Source: an uncultured Burkholderiales bacterium (GTDB taxonomy: Bacteria; Actinomycetota; Acidimicrobiia; IMCC26256; JACPCJ01). Taken from it: DNA of 64,000 nucleotides. The stretch covers positions 7,626 to 71,625 of the forward strand of contig CAYTKN010000013.1 in NCBI GenBank assembly GCA_964438505.1, read 5' to 3'. The first letter of the stretch is position 1; every line of letters starts with the position of its first letter. Made by a program: the position numbers and the translations under genes. The notes under the pieces are model-generated. The model saw only the letters and a program-made list of their open reading frames with translations. It made no database searches and had not been told where the DNA came from. Shown here piece after piece: positions 52,708-62,922 of the stretch.

Positions 52708-54254
52708 CTCTCCGGATCCGAATCCGACTGGAGCGCATCCGACACCGCCGTCGCGATCCAGTCAACTGCCTCTGGGTGCGCGAGCAAGTCGTCGTATCTC
52801 GAGAACATCTCCTCGTTCGAGGGGTTCACGCACCCTGGAATGCCACATTCGCGCACGAGATCCACCAGAAAGTCACGCACCTGCTTCGCACCATGGTCCG
52901 CAGGTTTGAGGCTCTCCAAGATCGAATCCGCGCCCGAATACGAAGTGACTCCTGGGCATCCTTCGAACCACGGATGCCCGAAGATGACCGCACGCTGACC
53001 GAGGACGGCAGCTTCGAGCGCGATCGTTCCACCGACCGTCGCGACCAGGCTGCTGCCACGTACCAGCGTGATGGGATCGATCTCGTGCGACACCAGCCGC
53101 GTGTTCGGAAGGCCGTCGATGAACTCGTAGAACCCTGGGCTTCGCCCACGATGGCCTTTCATCGATTTCGAGAACTGCGACGGATGCTCACGGACCCAGA
53201 GCTCCATCGAATCCGGAAGCGCCGACCGCAACTCCAGCGCGACATCGTATTGGTTCCAGAAGCGCCCGCCCTCAGGATTCGTCGTCCGCTCCGGCTCATA
53301 GTGCAACGGAAACAACACGTACTCTCCAGATGCATGGGCACTTTCGACGCACCGTCTGTAGGCCGTTTCGAGTGCTCGCGCCGTCCTACGGCGATATGCC
53401 TGCTGTGACAACCAGCTCGCTACCAATGCTCCACTCGACCGCGCACGTTCCGTCATCGCCCACCGTTTCGGACCTTCCGGGGACTGTCCACCCCTGATCG
53501 CCCCAGGCTCACGCCATCCTCGACGCGCCAAGCCCGCACCCATCCTGATCTCCCGTTTGACACGGGACCCCACACCGCCCCCAACGTCAGCGACCGCCTG
53601 GCGCGTCATGTATCGGGGTTTCGCCGCCGCGTAATCACCTTGCTCGAATCCCTCAACGAGCTCGTCGATGTCCGATTCGAAGCGAGCATCTTCGAGCGCC
53701 GGATGGACAGCACCCCGGCACACCGCTCTCCCGTCGATCTCTCGTTTCGGGAAGAGCACCGGCAGGAAATTCGCACTCACGAAGTGGATCCTCGGCAATC
53801 CTGCAGATCTCATGAGCTCATAGATGATGAGCTGTGGCGGCGAGTGCGGCGCCTCCGCAGCTACGAGCACCTCCGGCATTCTTGCACCCAGAACTCCACT
53901 GAAGTACGAGTAGAGTTGGTAGAAGGTCGCCTCTCGCTCGAGGAGTCGCAGGTCACCCTGCAAATCCCGGCGGTCCATCATCTTCAACGCACGCAGCTTC
54001 AGACCCGCCAGGTCTGCTTCCCCGAGCTGGAACGGGCTTCGCGCCGGAGCGGCTGACGATCCGTCAGAGACGCTCACGCCCTCGTTCGAGGCGGCGAAGC
54101 CATACACCGCGCAGTCCGAAAAGCGTTCGCGCGCCCAATCCTGATGTCGGTCATCGCCAAGCCAGATCGTCGGCACCCAGCCGAACCGGTGCTCGAGCAC
54201 AGCCGGCAGCTCTCGCCACAGCTCTCGACCCGTCGGAAAATAGACGTATCTCAT
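52704..54254 (-). CDS. Capsule-biosynthesis (KpsS/KpsC/LpsZ-like) family protein; candidate nonulosonic-acid transferase
   Basis: YVLFPLHYEPERTTNPEGG, LWVREHPSQ and ATVGGTIALEAAVLGQRAVIFGHPWF follow the Capsule_synth-like pattern. This is the first gene of the low-GC block. Confidence 0.55.
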   Translation of the reverse strand: MRYVYFPTGRELWRELPAVLEHRFGWVPTIWLGDDRHQDWARERFSDCAVYGFAASNEGVSVSDGSSAAPARSPFQLGEADLAGLKLRALKMMDRRDLQGDLRLLEREATFYQLYSYFSGVLGARMPEVLVAAEAPHSPPQLIIYELMRSAGLPRIHFVSANFLPVLFPKREIDGRAVCRGAVHPALEDARFESDIDELVEGFEQGDYAAAKPRYMTRQAVADVGGGVGSRVKREIRMGAGLARRGWREPGAIRGGQSPEGPKRWAMTERARSSGALVASWLSQQAYRRRTARALETAYRRCVESAHASGEYVLFPLHYEPERTTNPEGGRFWNQYDVALELRSALPDSMELWVREHPSQFSKSMKGHRGRSPGFYEFIDGLPNTRLVSHEIDPITLVRGSSLVATVGGTIALEAAVLGQRAVIFGHPWFEGCPGVTSYSGADSILESLKPADHGAKQVRDFLVDLVRECGIPGCVNPSNEEMFSRYDDLLAHPEAVDWIATAVSDALQSDSDPER

Positions 54255-54257
54255 CGT

Positions 54258-56123
54258 CTATCCATTTTGCGAAAGCGCTCGAAACCCCGCGCTCTCAGCT
54301 CTCAACTGCTCGAACGTCCCGACTCCCTGGACGCGGCCTCCTTCGAGATAGACGATCTTGTCGCAATCTCTCACCGTCGACAATCGGTGAGCCACCAACA
54401 GTATCGTGTGCTCCCCACGCAGCCTTTCGATCGAACCGATCAGGATCGACTCCGTTACCGAGTCAAGTGCCGAGGTCCCCTCGTCAAAGATCAACACCTC
54501 CGGATGACGGTACAACGCTCGAGCGATCGCAACTCGCTGCCGCTGTCCACCAGACACCCGAACGCCCCGCTCCCCCACCTGCGTCTCCAAGCCGGCTGGC
54601 AACGAAGCGACGAACTCATCAAGTTGCGCGAGGCGCACCGCCTCCCGCACCGCCAGCTCATCGATCGCGTCGTCTGGAACACCAAGCGCGATGTTCCGAC
54701 GGAGTGTGTCATCGATGAGGAAAACCATCTGCGGCACGACTCCAAGTTTCTCGTACCAACGAGGAAGCCTCGTGTGAATGTCGACGCCGTCTACCGTCAC
54801 CTCGCCGTCGGTCGGGGGCAGAATCCCCGTGATGAGGTCCGTGAGAGTCGTCTTGCCGCCCCCAGTGGGGCCGCAAATTCCAACAACTTCTCCCCGTCGG
54901 ATCTCGAGATCGACGTCGGCCACCGCAGGATGGTCCGTTTCGTCATATACGTAGCCAACCCCTGCCAATCGTATTGCCTGCTGAAAACCGAGCGGCTCGA
55001 TATCTCGCTCCAAGCCCTCGACTCGCTCCACCAGCAGCAGATCTTCGTAGACCTGCTCGACAGCCGGCGCTGAGAAACGGATGTTGTTCAGACCTGTCAC
55101 GACCTTCTGAAGCGATGGCATCACGCGAAGACCGACATACGCGAAGAGACCGAGCTTCGAGAGCAGTTCGTCATTACCCACTTCTGTGATCACGCTGAAG
55201 CCGAACAGAAGTAGGATGAACCCCACCAACGCCGTCTCGATCACCAACCGCGGCATCTCAGAGACGACGCCTCGGAAGTAGAGCGATCGAGCAAGTCGAC
55301 GCCGATCCGCATGATACCGGTCACCGAAGTACTTCTCGACGCCCAGTACTTTGACGTCGCGTATTCCATGCAGCGATTGTTGCAAGGTGCCAAGCGTTTG
55401 CTTGCGCATCTCTTGCGCTTCTGCTCCCAACCGTCGTAACCGCGGCTGAACGACCTTGAGGAGCAAGAGTGCGGCGCCACCGACCACTACGATGGCCAGT
55501 GCCGTACCTACCGGAGCGATTCCCAACATGAGTGCCAAGAGACCCAGGACGATGAGTGCCTCTGCCAGAACGTGAATTGTGGGAAGGAAGCTCTGCCCGG
55601 CGAGCATCTCGAGGGTCTGGTGAGCATTCCGTACCAGCTCGGCTGAGCTGCGTCTCAGATGGAATGCATACGGAAGTCTGAGATAGCCCTCCGCGAGGCG
55701 CGAGGATATTCGAGCGGCGGCGTTGTGAGCCATCCGGTGCTTGATATACGCCAGTCCGATTTGCACGATGACTCGAGCGAGGAAGAATGCCCCGAGCACC
55801 GCAGCGACCGTCAAGAGAAACGTCGTCTCATCGACGCCGGTGAAGCGCTCCCGAAGATTCCCGAGAAGCGGTACGTCCAACTCACTTTCACGGTCGGTAA
55901 TGAGCGCCAGCAACAGGAAGACCAGGAGCGCGCCAAGCATCTCGAATCCCGTCGCGACGGCAGCACCGAGAATCACAGCCACCCATCGGCCAGGCTTGTC
56001 ACGACCCACGAGATGGAAGATCTTCCGAAAAGTCTCGACCACAGTTCCCCCGCTGGCTGCGCGCAGCGACTCGTTCGTCAGGAGACGACCACCATACCGG
56101 TGGGTCGGCGACCCGGTTGACAC
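54258..56123 (-). CDS. Type-I ABC exporter, fused TMD-NBD (MsbA/PglK-like)
   Basis: Six N-terminal TM segments precede GPTGGGKTTL, LSGGQRQRVAIARAL and ILIFDEGTSALD. Confidence 0.85.
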   Translation of the reverse strand: MSTGSPTHRYGGRLLTNESLRAASGGTVVETFRKIFHLVGRDKPGRWVAVILGAAVATGFEMLGALLVFLLLALITDRESELDVPLLGNLRERFTGVDETTFLLTVAAVLGAFFLARVIVQIGLAYIKHRMAHNAAARISSRLAEGYLRLPYAFHLRRSSAELVRNAHQTLEMLAGQSFLPTIHVLAEALIVLGLLALMLGIAPVGTALAIVVVGGAALLLLKVVQPRLRRLGAEAQEMRKQTLGTLQQSLHGIRDVKVLGVEKYFGDRYHADRRRLARSLYFRGVVSEMPRLVIETALVGFILLLFGFSVITEVGNDELLSKLGLFAYVGLRVMPSLQKVVTGLNNIRFSAPAVEQVYEDLLLVERVEGLERDIEPLGFQQAIRLAGVGYVYDETDHPAVADVDLEIRRGEVVGICGPTGGGKTTLTDLITGILPPTDGEVTVDGVDIHTRLPRWYEKLGVVPQMVFLIDDTLRRNIALGVPDDAIDELAVREAVRLAQLDEFVASLPAGLETQVGERGVRVSGGQRQRVAIARALYRHPEVLIFDEGTSALDSVTESILIGSIERLRGEHTILLVAHRLSTVRDCDKIVYLEGGRVQGVGTFEQLRAESAGFRALSQNG

Positions 56124-56142
56124 GGGGCGACTCCGCCATATG

Positions 56143-57678
56143 TCATCTCGACCGTTGTCCGTCCCTACGAGCGTCCACCAGTGCCAGCAGGATCTCGAGC
56201 ACTCCCTCCGAGCTGACGCTCCTCGCGGGCTTCCTCGCGCGGCCTTCGTTCATCAGTTCACCGAGCGCTTCGCGAGCCTGCTCCGAATCACGCGCAGCCC
56301 GAACCCAGCCCGAGCGCGTGTACTCCTGGTAACGTCTCGCTGCATTGGTTCCGTACACCACCGACGGTACACCGAACTCGGCTGCCTCCATCACCACGGT
56401 CGAGCTCAGCGTCACGTGCACGTCAACGTGTGGCAAGATCCCATACAAGGGAAGGTCCGCCACCCCACCGATCTCCGCGTTCGCAAGCTTCCCAAACCCT
56501 TCTCGCACGCGATCGATCTCCACCCGTTCCATCATCGGGTGGTTCCGCACGAGCCACCGCCAGTCACCGGTCGCGGCGATCAGATGCCGGAACTGCCGAA
56601 TGACCTCGCTGTCACACATTCCGCGCTGGAGTGTGAGCAAAACTATTTTTCCATCCCAACCTCGGAGACCTTCCCGAACCGCTTCCTCGTACTGTCCGGC
56701 CAACGAGGGTGAGCGCCGCCACTTCTCGAGCCACTGGTTTCCAGCCACCCACGCTTCATGCCTGCCTCCGACACGACCCGCCCAGCGCCGGATCGTCGCG
56801 GCCTCCTGTTCACTCCACACCAGGTAGTCCGATGGCAAGAGCGCATACCCCGAATCGGGAACCTCGCTCCAACGCGCGTACACAGGGTGGAGATCTCCCT
56901 GTACGCCATGTTGGATATCCGCCGAGCGCATGCCGAGTTCGGCGCACGCCAGATTGAAGGCGAGCTCCGCGATTCCGTAACCCACGACCAAGCCAAGGCT
57001 GGCCTCCGCCTGATCGCACTCCCTTTTGAAGAACTCAGCAACCGAGCGCACCAACCTCGCTTGCCGCTGGATCTGTTTGTAGTCCAAGATCCGGAGTGGA
57101 ATTCCGGTTTTTGCGACTTCACGCACCACCTGCTCGTGGCTCGGAAGCGACGGCTCGATGCTGCGGCTCCACGGAGCGCGACTGCGCAGGCGAGCACGAT
57201 CGAGAACAGGTTGAATTCGAATCGACGGTCGGCTTCTCGGCTCCGGACACGCGTCACCCGATTCCAACTGCTTCCACGAGCTACCCACAGATTCAAGCGT
57301 CTCAAGAAATGGCTCGATCACGCGGTCATACCACACGCCTTCTAGCTCGACCCGATATTTGCTGTTGCTCAAGGCGACCACGTCTGCGGGTCGGCCTCGC
57401 GTGCGCCCCCCGCCGCTCCGAGCCAAAGATCGAGAGATTGCTCGGATGCGCGCGGGCAACTGGGCACGAGAAGCTGACCCTACCCTCCCTTGATTCTTCT
57501 TCGCTTCCATCCAGAGGCGAGACCTGATCAAGGGCCAGATCAGAAAGCCGCCGGCCTGCCACTCTTGAACTCTGTATCTGGACTCGAGATCGTTGACGAA
57601 CTCGAGGAATCTTTCGGCATCGAATGATGCCCCAGCGCCAAACACTGACGTGCCCTCCGACAGGCTTGAGTCATCCAT
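56143..57678 (-). CDS. Hypothetical GT-B-like protein (distant KpsS/CDP-glycerol-transferase-like C-terminal half)
   Basis: 511 aa counted from ATG 57678. The C-terminus (KIVLLTLQ...VRNHP...VHVTLSSTVVMEAAEFGVPSVVYG) follows a GT-B pattern. The family assignment is uncertain. Confidence 0.45.
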   Translation of the reverse strand: MDDSSLSEGTSVFGAGASFDAERFLEFVNDLESRYRVQEWQAGGFLIWPLIRSRLWMEAKKNQGRVGSASRAQLPARIRAISRSLARSGGGRTRGRPADVVALSNSKYRVELEGVWYDRVIEPFLETLESVGSSWKQLESGDACPEPRSRPSIRIQPVLDRARLRSRAPWSRSIEPSLPSHEQVVREVAKTGIPLRILDYKQIQRQARLVRSVAEFFKRECDQAEASLGLVVGYGIAELAFNLACAELGMRSADIQHGVQGDLHPVYARWSEVPDSGYALLPSDYLVWSEQEAATIRRWAGRVGGRHEAWVAGNQWLEKWRRSPSLAGQYEEAVREGLRGWDGKIVLLTLQRGMCDSEVIRQFRHLIAATGDWRWLVRNHPMMERVEIDRVREGFGKLANAEIGGVADLPLYGILPHVDVHVTLSSTVVMEAAEFGVPSVVYGTNAARRYQEYTRSGWVRAARDSEQAREALGELMNEGRARKPARSVSSEGVLEILLALVDARRDGQRSR

Positions 57679-58771
57679 CGGACGACGCCAGCGTTTTGTA
57701 CTCCTCCAGCAGACGCCGTCCCCACACATCCGTCGAGAACTGGTGCTCGATTGTCGAACGCGCCGCCCGCGAGAGCTGTTGCCACGCACTCTCGTCGAAG
57801 TTCACGGCGCGCTTCACGCCGTCGAGCCATCCTTCGCGATCGAGGCTGGTGAGGACGCCGTTGACGCCGTCCTGCACGATCTGATCGGATGCGCCATCAA
57901 AGGTGACGATCGGCACCACGCCATAAGACATCGCCTCGAGCAGACCGAAGTTTGCGAAGACCACCTCTGAAGGCAGAAGGAAAAAGCGGGCCCGCTCATA
58001 GTAGGGGCGTGGGTCTGTGTAGTCGCGGCAGTGAACACCTGGAATTCGTGACAGTTTCACGCGCACTCGATCTTCGAGACGAGGATCAGTCCCCGTCGAG
58101 ACGCCGCCTACGGAAAACCCCAGGATCTCGCACCGCAGCGAGCGCTCCTTCGAGAGATCTCGGAGGAGGTCAACCAACCACTCTGGATGGTACTCGGGGA
58201 TGAGTCTGTTGGCCCAAAGTAGGTCGATATCGCGACCCTGGAGAGGGCCCGGCTCCTGATCGGGCACGGGTACAGCGTTAGGGAGAAGAAAGGTCTTCTG
58301 CCCGAGCCCCCACTCATCGAACGCGGACTGCATGTACGGCGCTCGACACCAGATGCGGTCGGCAAGCTGATAACACAGACGCATCGAGAACCTTGTCGAC
58401 CAGTCGTAGGTTCGCTTCTGATATTGCAGCAAGGCGCCGCGCTCGACGACGAGGATCGGGATCTTGAACCAGCGCGACATGAGCGCGTAGACCGCAGCGA
58501 ACCGTCCGGCTGGATAGATCTCGACATGGTTGAGCGTCCTTCGGTTCAAACGCAGGAAGCGCCAAACCTGCCGAACCCTTGCCCAAGGTGAAGATTCCAA
58601 CTGGTGAATCGCAGCACTCGGGTCGGAGACAACCGAGTAGGACTGCCGATGGTTTGTCAGGACGTACACGCTGAACCCGCGTTCGGCCAGCCACCGCGTC
58701 TGCGTCAACGTCTTGTGGCGGACGCTCTCGATTCCGAGGATTGCGATGGAGCGACGGTCCAGCACTGTCAT
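57671..58771 (-). CDS. GT4-family glycosyltransferase
   Basis: Track ORF of 366 aa. FLLPSEVVFANFGLLEAMSYGVVPIV is the E-x7-E-like region. Confidence 0.7.
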   Translation of the reverse strand: MTVLDRRSIAILGIESVRHKTLTQTRWLAERGFSVYVLTNHRQSYSVVSDPSAAIHQLESSPWARVRQVWRFLRLNRRTLNHVEIYPAGRFAAVYALMSRWFKIPILVVERGALLQYQKRTYDWSTRFSMRLCYQLADRIWCRAPYMQSAFDEWGLGQKTFLLPNAVPVPDQEPGPLQGRDIDLLWANRLIPEYHPEWLVDLLRDLSKERSLRCEILGFSVGGVSTGTDPRLEDRVRVKLSRIPGVHCRDYTDPRPYYERARFFLLPSEVVFANFGLLEAMSYGVVPIVTFDGASDQIVQDGVNGVLTSLDREGWLDGVKRAVNFDESAWQQLSRAARSTIEHQFSTDVWGRRLLEEYKTLASSDG

Positions 58772-58934
58772 CCTCTACGGCGCGGGATCACCGTGCATCA
58801 GAAACACCAAGGCTTGATGGTCTTGGTCTACTCGGCGCACCAGCGATCTCGACCCAACGTCTATGCGTGAACAGGTTGGACTCTCGGATAGAATCGTGAC
58901 GGTCCATGGCCTTGCTCCTTGAGGGAAGCTACGA

Positions 58935-60119
58935 GTGCAACCCGGCCGACCGCTGAAGATCACCCACGTCATCACCGACCTCAAGGCCGGAGGGGCGGAA
59001 CTGATGCTCGCGCGGTTGCTCGAGCACTGGGATCGTCAACGGTTCACAGGTACGGTCATCTCGCTCGGCAGTGCCGGCCACGTCGGTGAGCGCATCGCCG
59101 GGTCGGGCATCCGGACCATCGGGCTCGGGTTGTCGAGAGCCTTTCCCAACCCGGTTGGGCTTGCTCGACTCGTGCGCCTGTTGCGACAGGAACAACCAGA
59201 CGTGGTCCAGACCTGGATGTACCATGCCGACGTCGTCGGAGGGATCGCCGCGCGCCTCGCAGGCGTCCCCGCCGTGGCATGGAACATCCGACACAGCGAC
59301 CTCGATCCACACGCGATTCGGCGACGCACCATCTGGATCGCGCGTGCCGCCGCCCGTCTCTCCACACGAATCCCCGACATCATCGTCTGCTGCTCGCGTC
59401 GAGCGATGACGACGCACGCTGGCCTCGGCTACGACGCAGCACGCATGCGCTACATCCCGAACGGGTTCGACACACGAGCTTTTCAGCCTGATCCGGGCGC
59501 GCGGGAGGAGGTGCGAAAAGAGCTGAACATCCACCCGAGCGCCCCCATCGTCGGCCTTGTTGGCCGCTTCGCACCGATGAAGGATCACGCGACCTTCTTC
59601 GCTGCAGCGGGGTCGCTCCAAAGGGAGCTCCCGGACACCCACTTCGTCCTCTGCGGAGGCGAGATCACAGCCGACAACGCCCGTCTCGTGGAGCTCGCAC
59701 GCGGTTCTGGGGTCATCGATCAGTGCCGCTTCCTGGGGGTGCGAGAGGACATGTCGCGTGTCACCAACGCCTTTGACGTCGCGGTCTCGGCCTCGTCGTC
59801 AGGCGAGGGGTTCTCGAACGTGCTCGGTGAGGCAATGGCCTCAGGGGTCCCTTGTGTGACAACTGACGTAGGGGACTCGGCCTCGATCGTTGCCAACACC
59901 GGGATCGTCGTACCTCCTGGCGATCCCACTGCCCTGGCCACGGGCATGGCTGACATCTTGAGTGCTGAGCCACCGCGCCGACACTCGCTCGGCCAAGCCG
60001 CTCGAGCACGGATCATCGACCAATTCGGCCTCGAGGCGACGACCGGTCGCTACGAAGCATTGTACGCGGCGCTCGGTACCCGGGCATCCGACCACTCCGC
60101 CGACGCTGAGCCCTCCTGA
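58935..60119 (+). CDS. GT4-family glycosyltransferase
   Basis: KITHVITDLKAGGAELML and SSSGEGFSNVLGEAMASGVPCV are present in a 394 aa protein with a GTG start. Confidence 0.85.
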   Translation: MQPGRPLKITHVITDLKAGGAELMLARLLEHWDRQRFTGTVISLGSAGHVGERIAGSGIRTIGLGLSRAFPNPVGLARLVRLLRQEQPDVVQTWMYHADVVGGIAARLAGVPAVAWNIRHSDLDPHAIRRRTIWIARAAARLSTRIPDIIVCCSRRAMTTHAGLGYDAARMRYIPNGFDTRAFQPDPGAREEVRKELNIHPSAPIVGLVGRFAPMKDHATFFAAAGSLQRELPDTHFVLCGGEITADNARLVELARGSGVIDQCRFLGVREDMSRVTNAFDVAVSASSSGEGFSNVLGEAMASGVPCVTTDVGDSASIVANTGIVVPPGDPTALATGMADILSAEPPRRHSLGQAARARIIDQFGLEATTGRYEALYAALGTRASDHSADAEPS

Positions 60120-61540
60120 GCGTCCTCACGGGCCGACCCGGGAATCGATCTCGACCGCCTGGCCTGATACCAACGCCACACCGTCCTCGCGCCGAGCGCA
60201 GCCAGCAACGCGACCACGTAGACGAACTCACCTCGGTGCCGGAACGCGGTTCCGAAGTTGCCCTCAGCCAGCGCGAACCCGAGGAGCAGACCTGCACCAG
60301 CGATCACCGGGAACGCCAAGACCGCGATACGACGACGCAACGCCTCGAAGAGACCCACTCCGGCAAGCGCGAGCACCGGATACCAGATGATGGTCTCCAG
60401 CTGGGCGACACCGACATATCTCCCCTCGAACTCCGTCCACGGCAATGGCTCGAGCAACATGACGCGCAATCCGGTGGGGATGTACCCCAAGTCCGAAAGC
60501 GAGAGCAACGGAGTGTCGTCGGTCGGATCCCCTTCGAGATCAGAACCGCTTCTCGATGCGGAGGCCCCTGCCGAGACGGAGTTATCTGCCGAGACGGAGT
60601 CACCTGCTGTGGCATCGGCGGCGCCGCCCCCCTCACCATCCTCGAGCTCGGCTGACTCGTAGATCGCGGTCGCTCCACGAGCTTCAGCGGCCCGAGACTC
60701 GGAAGGAATCTCACGCGGAGGAACATCGCGTCCGAAGAATCCGGCGCCTGTCAGCATCGGAATCAGAGCTGCGATCGCGATCGCCCCAGCGATCCGGAAC
60801 CAGTAACCGGGACGTCGGGCCACGAACATGGCGATTACCAGTGCCCACATCACCACGACCATGGAGGGATCCCGCAGGTTCCCGAGATACACACCCGTCA
60901 GCGCAACCCCCAACCCCAGCGTCAGCAGCCGGAGGCCACGGGCACCGAACGACAACGCCACGAGGAGAGCCATGACGGAGGTACCAGCCCACACCGGAGC
61001 ATCCCTGAGCGCTACCGACGACCAGAGGATCTGTGAGGGCAGGAGCGCCACCAACGTGCCGGCGAGCACCGCCCAGCCCCGCTCCAGGAACCGCAGACCG
61101 ATGGCACACACCGCGGTCGCCGCGACGGCACCAGCCAACGCAGCGAAGAGCTGTCCGAAGACCGCATGAGTCCCGAACACCCTGAACAGCCACGTGAGTG
61201 GCACGACGAACGCTGCGAAGCGGGAATAGCGGGAGTGTTCTCGCACCTCCCACTCCCCGGTGTCGCCCGTCGCTTTCTCGGCAGCGAGACGAATGTACGT
61301 TGCCGCATCCGGCGCGACCTCGTGCATCAAACCGGCGAGCGCGATCAACGCGGCGATCGCGACCCGAACGAAGAGCGCAACCAGGAACACCGACAAGAGC
61401 GGGTGGTGGTTCACCAATCCACCGAGTCGACCAGTCTTCGAGAACCAGCCCCCTGGGAGCCGTGTTCTCCGACTGGCCTTGCTCACACGACCTCCCGTCT
61501 GCGATGAGGCGGGCCGCGCATCGGCATCGAACAACGTCAT
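60050..61540 (-). CDS. Polytopic membrane protein (GT-C-like / polymerase- or ligase-like)
   Basis: Track ORF of 496 aa with more than 10 TM segments. It has a first-loop motif APDAATYIRLA and a large Ser/Asp/Gly-rich loop. Confidence 0.55.
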   Translation of the reverse strand: MTLFDADARPASSQTGGRVSKASRRTRLPGGWFSKTGRLGGLVNHHPLLSVFLVALFVRVAIAALIALAGLMHEVAPDAATYIRLAAEKATGDTGEWEVREHSRYSRFAAFVVPLTWLFRVFGTHAVFGQLFAALAGAVAATAVCAIGLRFLERGWAVLAGTLVALLPSQILWSSVALRDAPVWAGTSVMALLVALSFGARGLRLLTLGLGVALTGVYLGNLRDPSMVVVMWALVIAMFVARRPGYWFRIAGAIAIAALIPMLTGAGFFGRDVPPREIPSESRAAEARGATAIYESAELEDGEGGGAADATAGDSVSADNSVSAGASASRSGSDLEGDPTDDTPLLSLSDLGYIPTGLRVMLLEPLPWTEFEGRYVGVAQLETIIWYPVLALAGVGLFEALRRRIAVLAFPVIAGAGLLLGFALAEGNFGTAFRHRGEFVYVVALLAALGARTVWRWYQARRSRSIPGSAREDAQEGSASAEWSDARVPSAAYNAS

Positions 61541-62655
61541 CGGTCGACTCTCTGGGCAAAGAGCGCTCCGACCTCTGCCTGTCGGTTCCGCTCAGGCACC
61601 TCGGGCCGCGAGGTCTCGGCGGCAACGCCCTCGACCCGGTAGACGGGCACCCGAGCGAGCAACACGGCGAGGAACAACGCCGCTCCCACCACGAGACCGG
61701 CCAGCATGTAGGCCGACGCCTGGTCGATCCGGCTGACGACGAGACCGAGGACGCCGAGGCCCACCGCGGCGCCGTAGAGCAGCGAGACCGCCGCGCGTAC
61801 GGGGATGCCGATGAACACGAGTCGGTGGCTCGGGTGATCGAGGCCACCCTTGAAGGGGCTTCGCCCCACCAACAGCCGGCAGACCGTGACGAGGGTCGTG
61901 TCGAAGATGGCGACGCCGAGGACGAGGATCGGCACGAGGAACGTCACCTCGGTGGGGCCGTCGAAGCGCAGTTTGACGCCGAGGTAGGCGAGCACGAAAC
62001 CCAGGAAGAGACTGCCGGAGTCGCCCATGTAGATCCGCGCCGGATGGAAGTTGTGGCGGAGGAACCCCACGGCGCATCCCGCGAGCGCCACGGCCAGAGC
62101 AGCGACGAGGAACTGCCCGTTCACCCCGGCGATCACGAAGAACCAACCGGCGGCGATCGCCGCCACCCCTGCCGAGAGGCCGTCCATGTTGTCGAGGAGG
62201 TTGAAGGCGTTCGTGATGCCCACCACCCAGAGGACGGTGACGATCGCGTTCGGGAGATCTGCCGAGAACATGTGCACACCGACGCCGAGCTGCCAGACCG
62301 CGACGCCCGCGCCGACCTCGACGGCGAGCCGCACGAGCGGTCGCAGGCTCTTCAGGTCGTCGAACAAGCCCACGATGCTGAGCCCGACCGCGACGAGCAT
62401 CACGAGCTGGATCTCCCGAAGGCCCGAGTTCGGAGGTCGCAGCGTCGCCGCGAGGACCACCACGGCGGAGAACGCGAGGACGATCGCGAGCCCACCGAGG
62501 TAGGGGACGGGTGAGCCGTGGGACTTGTCCTCGCCCGGCTGGTCGAGAATCTGCACGCGCACGGCGAGGCGCAGGGCGAGCGGCGTCAGGACGAGCGACA
62601 GGAAGGCCGTCCCAGCGAAGATCGCACCGTAGTGCCAGCCGCTGAGGTCACTCAT
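61537..62655 (-). CDS. wecA: Polyprenyl-phosphate HexNAc-1-phosphate transferase (WecA/MraY family)
   Basis: GLFDDLKSL, NAFNLLDNMDGLS and MGDSGSLFLGF are present. ATG 62655 is the likely start; the track start is 62694. Confidence 0.8.
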   Translation of the reverse strand: MSDLSGWHYGAIFAGTAFLSLVLTPLALRLAVRVQILDQPGEDKSHGSPVPYLGGLAIVLAFSAVVVLAATLRPPNSGLREIQLVMLVAVGLSIVGLFDDLKSLRPLVRLAVEVGAGVAVWQLGVGVHMFSADLPNAIVTVLWVVGITNAFNLLDNMDGLSAGVAAIAAGWFFVIAGVNGQFLVAALAVALAGCAVGFLRHNFHPARIYMGDSGSLFLGFVLAYLGVKLRFDGPTEVTFLVPILVLGVAIFDTTLVTVCRLLVGRSPFKGGLDHPSHRLVFIGIPVRAAVSLLYGAAVGLGVLGLVVSRIDQASAYMLAGLVVGAALFLAVLLARVPVYRVEGVAAETSRPEVPERNRQAEVGALFAQRVDR

Positions 62656-62922
62656 CGCTCGACCGATCCCGGGCGACGATACCCGCCCGCGCACCCCATG
62701 CTCGTCAGGTGCGCGCGACGAGCTGGCCCGTGACCGGGTTCGCGTTGGAGCGTCGACGTCAAGCGGATGCGGAAGGAGAACATGTGCGGATCCTGTCTCT
62801 CTGTCGAGGATTTCGACCCGCCCGACCCCCGAAGAGTCGAATCGCCCCGATCACTGCAAGGGTAACCAACCGGGGTCGCACGGGGGAGAACCCCCACGCT
62901 CAGAAGACGCCGAGCCCCGGCA

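Noticed and set aside
62656-62922. Structured leader or riboswitch in the roughly 270-nt gap upstream of the WecA-like gene
   Set aside because: Only short imperfect stems were found (GGGGG-AGAA-CCCCC and GATTCGAC...GTCGAAATC). I recognise no known riboswitch consensus, and the region cannot be evaluated without covariance models.
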